This document shows, one piece after another, positions 1-11,772 of a stretch of 64,000 nt of DNA. The translations under genes and the position numbers were made by a program. The DNA comes from Azolla caroliniana (taxonomy: Eukaryota > Plantae > Polypodiophyta): NCBI GenBank assembly GCA_043228905.1, contig JBHGNT010000010.1, forward strand, positions 10,540,001-10,604,000, read 5' to 3'. The notes under the pieces are model-generated. The model searched no databases. It saw only the letters and a program-made list of their open reading frames with translations, and had not been told where the DNA came from. Every line of letters starts with the position of its first letter. Position 1 is the stretch's first letter.

Positions 1-483
1 AACTTTACAAGAGTAACACTAAAGTGCTTAAGATAAAAGCTTAATTATATTAGCATGAGATGAGAAAATAAAGCAAACATTAGGGCAAAGAAAGAGAAAG
101 GACCACAAGAGATTAGGGATAGAGCTCTAGCTCTAGGTAAAACTAAAGAATGAAGTTTAAATTTTATATTTTTTCTTCTGTACTTTTTTACATTTTACAC
201 TTATGTCCCTTTTAACATTTTTGGACATTGGCTCTTACCCTAAGGCTCAACTAACCTCTTTATTGTATATCTTATGATTGCTTAATAATCTATTGTAGAC
301 AAACTTGTCACTCTAATACCATTTTTTGGAGTTATGATAATCACAATTTTACGTAATCCCTCAAGACTTAAAAGAAGCCAACACTCAAAGACACAGTGAG
401 AGAGTGCAAAGATTGATTCATCCAAAATTCTAGAGATGGCAGCTTCATTGTTCACAATAGTAGGTATAAGATCATATAGAAGA

Positions 484-486
<3 letters not shown>

Positions 487-552
<66 letters not shown>
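487..552 (+). repeat. (CT)33 microsatellite
   Basis: Perfect CT run read directly; it forms the 5' junction of the LINE that follows. Confidence 0.97.
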
Positions 553-554
<2 letters not shown>

Positions 555-2348
555 GCAGACGACATTGTCTTGCTCTTGGAGTTGGAACACGACCTACAAA
601 AGCATCTTAATGCCCTAGATGACTTTTGTACACAACGAGGACTGGTAGTGAATCTAGCGAAAACTAAAGTCCTTATCTTTCATACATCATCCCGAGTTAG
701 GAGTAAATGTCAACTAATCCTCTCTAATAAACTAGTTGAGGTAGTTGGATCGTATGCATACTTGGGAGGTACTTTTAGTGCTCACTCAGGTAAATTCTCG
801 ATGACCCATGCAGCCAAAGATAGGCTAACAAGAGGGTATGCATCCCTCTCACTCTTAGAGAGACAATGCCACCATGCATACTTTCAAGAGCCACGGACTA
901 AGGGATGGCTCTTCGACTCATTGGTGACCCCTTCTTTCATGTATGCATCAGTAGTATGGGCTCCAGGTCTACCATCTTTCATGTGGACGCAATTAGAGAG
1001 ACCTTTGGTGATGATGTTATCACGTCAACTCCGAAGCAAATCGGCAATACCACATGACATTATTAGAGTAGAGTTCAATCTGCCCCCGATGTTAATAGAA
1101 ACACTTTTTCAAGTGGTAGTTTTTATTCATCGGATACATAGCCAACCACAAGATAGGATATCCCGTCGAGCCTTTGAGGCATCCCGATCCCTACATGCGT
1201 CTGGAGACATTAGCTCTTGGTATAGCACTGTGGTGAGTTGGTTACTTGCAAACGGCATAGACATTAATAACCTACCTCCGTTTAAGTACAACCATGGGAC
1301 TGATCAAACCCTAATCTCTCATGAAGCCCGTAATAAAGTGATATGCCAAGAAATATGGCAAATTTACACTCAATATAAATGGATCACCCCATGAGAGCTA
1401 GTCCCACCGAAAATGTTGTACTATAAAGAACACTTCTTTGCACTTCTCTAAGTTAGGTTTTATTACACGACCAAGATATCTAGATACATTCTTATCAAAT
1501 GCACTAAGGGTAGCCATTGGACAACTTAGGATATCATCTCACCAACTTGAGATTGAGAATGGTCGGGCTAATAGAATCCCTAGAGAGGAAAGGTTATGTC
1601 GGTTATGCCACATACAGATAGAGGATGAGTATCACTTCACATGCAAGTGCCCAACTTATGCCGAGATACGGGCGGAATACCAAGACATATTAGGACCCTC
1701 TCCCACCCTCTCCAAACTATTAGATACCCTGGATGTAAAGAGACTAGGTAAGTATATCTTAGAGCTAAAACAACATAGGGAGAATAAATTGCAAAGTGTT
1801 AACCATAACCCTTTTACTATTCATCAACATGTAACTAGTGTAATTTTTTAGGAACAAGGGGAGACAATGAATGTGGATACACTTACGTCGTTCAGCCTCT
1901 CTCTTGAGGAAGCAGAAATGCAAAGAACAACCAAACGCCCTCGGCTGTTCAGATTCAAAACAAGTTGACACAGAGTAGAAAAGATTAAGAAGATAAGGGA
2001 ACGAGCTACGTCAACTAGAAGCTATGGTTGGGGTACCTTTTACATTGGGACCACGGGCCACATCCACATCGAAACCCTTTGACCTCCCGCTTCTCTTCGA
2101 GAGACTTCGATGGAAATGAAATTAAGCCTAGTATAACATCATTCTCATTGTAGAACATGTTTTTTATATAGAACATGTTTGTTATTTTACTAGAACTATT
2201 AAGCTTAAAACTCTATTTTTATCTTATTTTTATTTTTATTTTTTACTTTCGATGAATGGGTAAATATCCCATTTTTTGTTGTAAGTCATTTGTCTCATGG
2301 GCCAATTTTGGCCTTAGAAGACGTTAATATATCTTTCTTTCTTTTCTT
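555..2348 (+). mobile_element. 5'-truncated non-LTR retrotransposon, RTEX-like, degenerate
   Basis: In-frame LYADDIVLL at the 5' junction; RT C-terminus (VVNLAKTKVL, SYAYLG) in ORF 570-1394; LRISSHQLEIENGR...ERLCRLC...EDEYHFTCKCPTY zinc finger in ORF 1438-1851; (TTTC)n tail ~2332-2348; TSD TCTCTCTCTAC at 544-554 and 2349-2359. Clade assigned by motif resemblance only. Confidence 0.8.
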
Positions 2349-4940
2349 TCTCTCTCTACAAAACTCCAAAAAGTAATCCATAAAAGCACCGCTCACCTTC
2401 GAGACCAAAGTTCTTCATGAATATACTTGAATTTGGTGGGATCACATTATTCCAACCCGAATTTGCCTTTTCTTTTAGTGTGTTGTATTTTTATAGTAGT
2501 GGGTACCTATGTAATGCACTCATTTAGAGATGAGTGTAAAAACCAAAGATTTATGTTATCCATATGTAATTATTATCGAACAACACTTCTCATCATGATA
2601 TCAAATGCACTTCTCATGTTTTCTTAAATTTCCATTTTATTTTGCTTAATTTCCATCATGATATCAAATTTGCTAGTATTTTAATTTTAATTTCTCATAT
2701 GTATACTTTCATTTTCATTATTTTCATTTCCAAAAAGCCTACACACACATTGTTCCTTCTCTATTCCATGAATAGAGGACCTACACCCATCTCAAGTGCG
2801 ACTCTTCCATCATGGTACTAAAACTAACTACTAGATGGCAACTATTTAGTCGAGCGCAAACAAGTAAATGGTTTATATCTCAAACCATTCAAAATGTTTG
2901 AAATTGTTAGGCAATAACTAATTAAACCAAATCATTTCATCCTCAGACCTAAATTGTTTAAAACCAAACCATTTATTTTTGGAAAAAAAACAAACAAACA
3001 AAACCAAACCATTTAACAATAAGTTACATAAAAAATATGATTGAAAATCATCAACATTAAAATATGAACAGTGGTATGAAAACAATGTTCTTAAGTTATA
3101 ATCACATGAGAACAAGGCAACGGTCTGTTTTGTAATACTTTTAAATCATAAGATGTTCATGAAGTAATAAACCATTTGCAAGTGAATATAGAAATGTTAG
3201 ACTTGTTCCTACTTATTGAGACCTTGGGCATGGAAAGGGTTGTGAAGTACATGCGCAAAGTTAAAATCCCTTACATCGGCTTGGGTTGTTTAGATGAGGA
3301 AAAAAGTAGGGACTATTTCTCATCAAATGGGTAATTTGTAAGGATTTGAAACTCTTGTGAAGTCTTTTAAAATATTAACTCCTCAATCAAATAAGGAACT
3401 AAACATAATATTTGTCAATAATAACTTGTAAACATGAGCCAAATTTAATATGCTTAAGTTGGGCTTTGTATCTAGTCAATCCACATAGTTCCTTGTTTTT
3501 TACCTCCGGTTAACCATATGGGGACATGTGAATTATTTATCACCAACATGAACATAGAAAATGTATTTATTATATCTATATTAAGCCTTTCAATGCATGA
3601 ATAATTAACTTTGCAAGTGAAGGTGTGTATATCACATTGTTCTAAATTCATGTAAGTTTTTTTAATTAGGTTTGACCGACAATCCTCTTGAAGACACCCC
3701 TCCTGATTAACTTATAGGCTTAACGATGTTTAAATTTTCATCGAATAAAAACAATCTGAGTAGAATGGAAAAGCATAAGGACCTTTCAATTAATAAAACT
3801 AAAACACTAGGATCAATGTCTTTATTTATATATCTAGGCATCATACCAAGATCCAAAAATCATATTGAGATCCAAATATGATGGATTCAACATTCATCCA
3901 ATGTTTCTCTACAATGAATAGAGATATGTACACAATATGGTTCTAATCCCCACCATGTAAATGGTATGCATCTCATAGCAAAAAATGTTTTTTTTCCAAA
4001 AAACAACTCATTCCATTAGTTATTAAACTCTAAAGTTGAGAATGTTATATACAAATCCCAGTAGGGATGCGATAGTTCCATCTTATTTGAGAATATGTGC
4101 GCAAAGACAGAAAACGTGTTGTTTTATGATAGTACATGCGTACATGCGTTTCCGAACATGAATATGTCCAAATATGCAAAGTGTAATGAATGGCTCATTG
4201 TAATGAAGAAAGGGTTTATAAAATCATTGCAACTCAAGCTCACAAAACTAAGAAGTTATAAAATCTTGTTTTTGTCAAAAGGTTACAGCATAGGATCATC
4301 ATTATAAGCATAAGTTTGGATTCATCTGTGGAACATTTGGTTCTTTCTATTGACACAAGGGATCCAAGTGAAGGTAGTAGTAAGGCATTCGTCCTTTTGT
4401 GTAATAGATGTAAGGGTATGGGAGCGTTGAAATTTTATGTAACCAAATATCCATTATGTACTAGCATACTCAAATAATGTAGAACTTCCATAAACAAGTT
4501 ATCTATCTATTCAATTCCAGAGTGTCAAGTGACAAAGGATGTAATCATACCATAAACTTTTTCATAGAAAGAACCTAAGTCATAATCATAAAAGAGTGTA
4601 TGTAAATTGTAATCAAACTTGAGCGCACATGAACATCAAGAATTGCAAGGCTCCCTCTCCCTCTCTCTCTAAGAAAAGTAGCAACAATTACTTTGGGAGG
4701 TCCCCGTACTCCAAACACGAACACGGGTAGACTATTATTACTTATTGAATTATTGAAACCCGAGTCTCTGGATGCATTTGCAAGTTTTCACATGTACGGT
4801 CAATGTATGTTAAATTAATGATACAGTTGTCTATAAAAAAATTATTTTCAAATTTGTTGGAACTATTTATTGTGTTACAATCAAAACTTAAGACTTTACA
4901 AATAGCTTTTCAAATCTGTGTTTTCATGAAACCTCCTAGA

Positions 4941-5024
4941 TACATACCACTAATAAAGAAAAACAAGAGCTTATCAGGGAAAATGAGAGGACTTGCACTA
5001 GCACAACTTATGTGTATGACCTAG
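4941..5024 (+). mobile_element. Possible ~84-bp decayed non-autonomous Helitron
   Basis: Sits between A(4940) and T(5025); 5' TACATACCACTAATAAAG resembles Helitron starts; 3' CTAG preceded by a transition-decayed palindrome at 4992-5007. Confidence 0.35.
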
Positions 5025-5396
5025 TGATTGTAGTATTAATATTTATATATGAAAAGGCATGCAATAGATTGCATAATGTTGTTAATGTGAGTATCCAATA
5101 CGCATAATGTGTACATGTTAGTCTAGTCACACATATCATTCTCTTAGTCTTTAACTCTCTTATAAGTCTCCCTACTCTCACTCTTTCTCACTCTATGTCT
5201 CTCTCTCTCTCTTAGTCAAACACATTTCACTTCTTTTTATAGGTAGAGTTCTTTCTCACAAATGTTAAGACCCTCGGAGTTCTTGTTTGTTTTTCCACAT
5301 CTTTCTTGAACAAGTTTGATAATGCAATTACTACTATGAACTTAAGATATAGATTTTATCACTAGGCATAATATTATTTAAATTATCTAGTTGTAA

Positions 5397-5683
5397 GAAT
5401 TATTAATTGGCTTCCAAATAAGCTCAAGAAAGCTGTGGGAAAATATGCTAGAAACTCTGCCTCCTTTGATTACGAAATTGATTCCATTCATTCAAGTATA
5501 TTACATATGTTGCAAATAGTAAGGTTTGTTTCTCTTCTTTGAATTATTAATTGGCTTTCAAATAAGCTCAAGAAAGCTGTGGGAAAATATGCTAGAAACT
5601 CTGCCTCCTTCGATTGCGGCATTGATTCTATTCATTCAAGTATATTAGATATGTTGGAAATTCTAAGGTTTGTTTCTCTTCTC
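5397..5683 (+). repeat. Tandem duplication of a 144-bp unit
   Basis: GAATTATTAATTGGCTT...AAGGTTTGTTTCTCTTC starts at 5397 and again at 5541 with few substitutions. Confidence 0.92.
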
Positions 5684-8600
5684 TTCTGCTTTCAATTTTT
5701 AATAATTTAGTTGGCTAGACTTTACTTTATCTTGTGTTATATGTAGGCCTCTCCAATTAGAGCAATGGCAACCATGAACAATGACCTAGTTCCTTTTTTC
5801 ATGGATATTATGGTTCCATGGTCACATGTGGCCGGATGACAACCACATACCTAGTAATCAAAACGCGGTTAGAAATTTGTAGTGTAATCACATAAGAATA
5901 ATGTAATTAGTTTTTGATAAATAATCATGATTCACAATGTATGTATTGTTATGTTTTACCAAGAATTGTACATGTGTTCAAGATATATAGAAAGAAAAAA
6001 CATCTGAATTACATGGATTCCTTTGGTAGGGACATGACCAATCTGACCACCCCAAGGAATTCCAATATCGCTCTTAGTATCTCGATCTCATTGAAGAGAA
6101 AAAGGTTTGCATTTGATGCAAGTTCTTGATTACTTACCCATTGTTGTCTTATATTTGGTCTTATTTAAACCTAGTCATTTGAGGATGAATCATTAAATTT
6201 GTCATTTCACATTGTTGGCTTTTAATGAATGAATGTATATTTTTCCTCTATTTACCAATGATTGAGCTTTTCATGTATTAAAGTAATATATTCTAGTTAT
6301 TTAGCGCATACAAATATAAATGTAGCATTGTTTTTCAGTAATACCCTTAACTATGTATCATCAACAACTTCATTGAGATACTATAGTTTCTAATGAACTT
6401 GACCTCACCTAAGGTAGTTGTTCATAGATGATAGATGTAATAATTACTTACGTCAACATTCAAAAAATGTAATGTAATTTATCTCTCCTTTGTTATCATT
6501 ATATTGTATGTAAATAGTGGTTCTATGCATGTGTAGGTGTGTTCTACTAAAGTTGATTGTTGCAAGTTTTTATTGCACTACGTACAACTTCTCAAATTAA
6601 TTCCCCATCTCTACGTACCGCATTGGCCTTTCAACTTTCCTTGACTTTTCTTTCTTCTACTATGATTACATTATTCTCACCTATTCAAACTCAATGCCCT
6701 TGTTATTATAAAGGGTTGCAGGAAAATAACTTGATTTTCTTTATGAACAACAAATTGCCATGTGAAGGGCACTGGTTTGCTATTTGTGAGAATCCCTAGT
6801 GACGCTAGAAGATAACTTTTGAAAACAATTGAGGTTGTGTGAGTTGAATTAATTGCTACCAATATGAGCATAACACCTTTATTCATTCTTAGTTATGATA
6901 TATCTTTTAGTGCTTAGATGTGGATGTCATGTTGCTCCAAATTCGTGTGACTATTAATTATTAACTTTGGCCGACAATCCTCTTGAAGAAGACACCCTGA
7001 TAATTAACTTAAAAAACTAGTAGATATTTCAACTTTTATTCAGTCCCAATAATCTCAGCTTAGAGAATCAATAACTTCATTAAAAATGTCTAGTCATCAT
7101 GCCAAGATTCCAAAATCATATTGAGCACCAAGTATAATAGGAGAATTCTTCAACTAGTGCTAGACTATGATGAACGATGATGTAGATATGGTTGATCTAA
7201 TACTTAATTATGTTACAAGCTTGACCGTAATGTATCCCGTGGTAGTTTGAACCGTTTAGTATTCTACACACAAGCAATTATGGTTGTGCCTATAACATCC
7301 TTGGTACCAATTGTCAACTAATTTAGTATTTGTCTCATAGGAGAAAACAATGTTGAATAAGTGCACACACATACACATGATAATATTTTAGGACAATGAG
7401 TACGGGTGAACTAAAAACTAGTAAAGCAAACTAAATATCTTCACATGCTACTTATAATGAAGAAAGGTTTTATAGTTCAAATGTAACTCAAGTTACAAAT
7501 AGAATAAATGGAGATGTACGCACTCCAATTCCCATCACTTGGAATTCTACAAATTTATCACCACTATAAGCATAAGTCTACATCCATCAAATTATGTAGT
7601 TTATTCTTTCTAGTGATAGAGCATCCAAATGAATGTATGTAGTAGGAAGGAACACAATTGTCCTTCCTAATAATATAGTGGATGAAAGGGTGAAGAAAGT
7701 TGAGAGTTAAAGTGTTTAACACTAAATGCCATTGTAAAGAAAAGAAGGGTTTCATTATGTACTTGTGAGGCTCCAAAAATATAAAATGATAAACAAGTTA
7801 TATATCTAATCTATGTGATTCCATAGGTTGGCAAACTATTCAAATCATCCTTTGCCTTTTGACATCCCATGCATGAGCTACCCATGACCATCCATTTAGG
7901 TGTTTTAGAACTTTTCCAAGATATTGGTAATGTCAAAACCATGGTTGTTCCCCCCCTCCCATTAGTTGAATGAGGGGCGTGAAAGACATGGCATGTGGGA
8001 TAGTGAATGTAGGTGAAGTATATGAAATGATGGCTAGAGACATATGTGAAAGTGTAAGATAAATAAGTGAGATCTCTTATGTAGGATAGGATAGTCTTGG
8101 CACGGCCTACCTGAGAAAGGGATCGAGTTTGTGTATATAATGGAGTATATTCATATTTGGAAAAAAAAAAGAAAAAAGAAAAAATCATTTGGACATGTAT
8201 TTAAGGAACTTGATTTTAATTTTGGTTTATTAATAATTAATCATTAATTGATTACCCTAAGACCGAAGACAAATATGACTAGAGAATTTAAGAGAAAACG
8301 TTTTGGCAACTAATGTGATTAGCGTTTTACTTTCTAGTGATTAATGCCATAATTACAATGACTAATCATTATTGTTTTGCATTCACATTAGTGCTAATGT
8401 GATAAATATTATTGTAATTTGGATACACTCTGGTAAAAGGAGGTTTGACAAGGAATCTCTATCTATTTTGCTATTACATATCAAACATCAATTATTTATT
8501 GTGATAAGTTCTATTTAACAACTTCTTAATGTGATGATTTGACACATGATTGTTGTTGTATTTCAAATGTTAACTTATCAAGTTACGCAATTTCAACATG

Positions 8601-9019
8601 AGTTATATAATATGTATATGAGTTGTTCTTTGAGGTCAAGCTTCGGAATACTCATACAGAGATCAAAGCACACATTGTTGAAAGCTCATTAATTAGAGCC
8701 AAAACTCATTTCTTGAGTTAAGAATCTCACCTAATAGTTGCTTGCCTTTTTGTGAGAAATAAACAAATTTAAACATATTACCTCACCTAACCCCAAGATA
8801 AGGTTGGATTCAAATAATACATCTACTAGATGAAGTAAAACAATATCAAAATAACCACTTTTGGATTCCTAAAGACTATGTAACATTAGCCAAACAAACA
8901 AGGAAGACTTCTTCTGTGTGTATTGATGTGTAGGGATAGAACTGAATTGTCAAAATGGTAAAACCGTTCCTTATGAAGATTATGAATATATTAGTTTTAC
9001 ATAACACACTATAATTGTT

Positions 9020-9054
<35 letters not shown>

Positions 9055-9645
9055 TTCATTTCAAACACAAAGGGCTAAAACTGATATTTAGTATCATAAA
9101 AAATGACAACATGTGAATAAAAAGTAGAAAGGTGAAATGATACAGTACTGGAACTCAACTTCCCATTTAGAAAAGGTTTCATTATTGTTGAATAAAAGTT
9201 AAGCCAACAATTTTTAACTTTATTCAATAATTTGATGGGCAATAAAGTGTATATATTCATTGTATGGATTCTTTAGATTTTAATTTGATGAGAATATGTA
9301 GTTCACTTAACACAATCATGAAATGTATTTTGGAATTCACCTCTAAATCATGAAAATTTATTGTCGCCAAATGTTGCTTCAAAGAAACCCACACAAACAT
9401 GCATGGTCATTTGCTAAGCTGAGCTACCCACCATAATAGCGTGATTTCCTTCTCTTTTTATGGTTCTCTCTATTGATTGACATAACATGTAGTATTAATT
9501 ACACAATAATTAAAACCCTCTACAATAGAGTCCTTTTCAAGTTGAATATCAAGCACTACAAGCATTGCGTTGTGGGTTCGAAACCCAACTTCCTCACCTC
9601 TCTATTATATACTTCTTTTATATCACTTAATTCACTAGATGCCAC

Positions 9646-9716
9646 TGTGGAATGTAGGGGTTGAACCCATGACCACCTGGTTTCCATTAGGCAACCTTAC
9701 CAACTGACCTACATCC
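9646..9716 (-). other. tRNA-derived (SINE-head-like) sequence
   Basis: Reverse complement has box A TAGGTCAGTTGG and box B GGTTCAACCCC at tRNA spacing; homologous to the module in the LTRs at 10543 and 11201; stems imperfect. Confidence 0.65.
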
Positions 9717-10523
9717 ATCCTATATTTGAAGATATTATCATGACACATACTCAAGTATGTTAATAGTATTAATCTCTCCTAACTAATGGAAAACTAGCTT
9801 CTTTTTGAAAAAAATAAACAAATAAACATTACTACTGATCTACACACAAGGAGAATAATTTTTTTATTACAAAATCTTCTTATCTTATTGATCCCTACAA
9901 ATCAAATTCATATAAGGTGTTTTTTTTTCCCAAAAAAAACACTACTTCCCATTAGTTAGCAAACGAAGTACATCAAAATTCAGCCATAATCAACAAAACT
10001 CACACTACTCCACACAAAACTAAGCATAATCCCCACCTTGCACACTACATGGATAAACATCATTGTGCTTAACATTGTCAAATCTTAATATTATATGGAT
10101 ATAGGGTGTCACTAGAAAATTTGGAGAAAATGAGCTATTGACATACTAGAATGGTAGAACCATTCATCATAGGGTTAAAAGCTCCCTTGTTTGCCAATTA
10201 TTGTAGTTAAATTCTTTGCCAAAGATGTTTCCTATTAAAGTTTTGATGAGTCTAGAGTCAAATTATGCATAGTGTTGGACCACCATAACCTTTAGCAACA
10301 TCATTGTCCTTACAACTATTGACATGGCTATTGAAAAATATTAAGAAAATATTCGGTCCAACCAAGAATAATAAGACAACATGTTAAAGTTTTCTCAACC
10401 ACGTTAGAGCCAATTTAGAAATATTTTTTTATTGCACTAAACATTTAAATATGCTTCAAAATTTGTAAATAGGATTCAAGTGTTACCCTAACTATGGTTA
10501 TAACATGCGTAGTATACCATATG

Positions 10524-11657
10524 TGTGATAGACATATGCTACAATGGAAGGCAAGGATTGAACCCAATACCTCCTAGTCTCAATTGGGCAATCTTACCCA
10601 CTAAGTGACATATGCATTCTTGTATATAAGATATCCCAACTTCATGTATTGTAGATTGAAACTTGGAAGTTCGTTGCATGCATCCTTATGCATCCTCTAT
10701 TCCTAGCTTGCACACATTCTCATGCATACTCTATTTGACTGCTACGTCGCCACATCGCCACCACCCATCCCTATGTGAAGCTAGATTACAAAAAACTCGG
10801 CCCCTTCCGTATCATCGAGCGAATCAACCGGGTCGCCTTCCGGTTAACGCTTCCCCCAACATTCAGAAGTCACAATATTTTCCACGTCTCTCTCCTCAAA
10901 ATCTACCATCCTTCTCAAATTCCAGGACGACAATCTCCTCCACCGCCACCCGTGGTATTATGGACAGAGGAGGAGTACGAGGTTGACCGGATCCTCGACT
11001 CCCACTTGCGTCGGCGACAACTTCAATATTTGATCTTATGGAAAGGTTGCCCCATTTTGGATGCCACATGGGAACCAACTTCACATTTACAAAATGTTGC
11101 AGAAGTCATTCGAGCTTTTCATCAACGGTACCCTTAGAAGCCGGTCACGGGTCTTAGGAGGTGGCCTTAGAGGGAGGATAATGTCATAGGCATATGCAAC
11201 GGTGGAAGGCAGGGATTGAACCCAAAACCTCCTAGTTTCCATTGGGCAATCTTACCCACTAAGCTAGATATGCATTCTTGTATAAACCCAACTTCACATA
11301 TTGTAGATTGAAACTTGGAAGTTCCCTAGCTTGCATGCATTCTCTATTCCAAGTTTGCATATATCCTCATGCATCCTCTATTCCTAGCTTGCATGCGTCC
11401 TCATGCATCGTCTATTCCTAGCTTGCATACATCCTCATGCATTCTCTATTCCTCGCGTGCACGAATCCTCATGCATACTCTATTTCTAGATGGCATACAT
11501 AGCCCTACCTTCTTGTATAAATACTCAGGTGCACCTTGATTCTAATCAAGGTGAACAACACTAGTTATGGAATCATAAGTTTGAGTTCTTGTTCTTTTTC
11601 CTCTCTCCTAGTTCTTAGACTTGTCTTCGCTGTGCTCTATTATACTTATTCGTGACA
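10524..11657 (+). mobile_element. Internally deleted chromoviral Ty3/gypsy element: partial 5' LTR, integrase C-terminus/chromodomain, PPT, 3' LTR
   Basis: 5' LTR remnant 10524-10736; 3' LTR TGTCA...TGACA 11182-11657; PPT AGAGGGAGGATAA 11169-11181; TSD ATATG/GTATG; ~33-bp tandem repeats in the LTR at ~11325-11485. Confidence 0.85.
10775..11137 (+). pseudogene. pol: Integrase C-terminal GPY/F-SH3 domain plus chromodomain fragment
   Basis: KLDYKKLGPFRI...HNIFHVSLLK then EEYEVDRILDSHLRRRQLQYLILWKG...DATWEP. Confidence 0.92.
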
Positions 11658-11772
11658 GTATGCATACAATATGTATGGTTTTTATTTTTTCTGAGAAAAA
11701 AGAACTCCCTCCCATTAGTTAGGTGAATCACATATACATATTAGACTATGTGGGCTATTGTTGTGTGACACC

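Noticed and set aside
282-618. ORFs with (ER)n and (SL)n runs
   Set aside because: Translations of the CT microsatellite.
309-2458. Old minus-strand copia LTR with PBS (CACTCTAATACCA) hosting the CT tract and LINE
   Set aside because: Plausible, but both termini are mutated and neither a TSD nor gag could be confirmed.
7805-8190. LINE/SINE 3' end with A-rich tail
   Set aside because: No coding similarity, promoter boxes or TSD identifiable.
9646-11273. Functional tRNA genes
   Set aside because: Acceptor and anticodon stems do not pair properly; treated as tRNA-derived modules.
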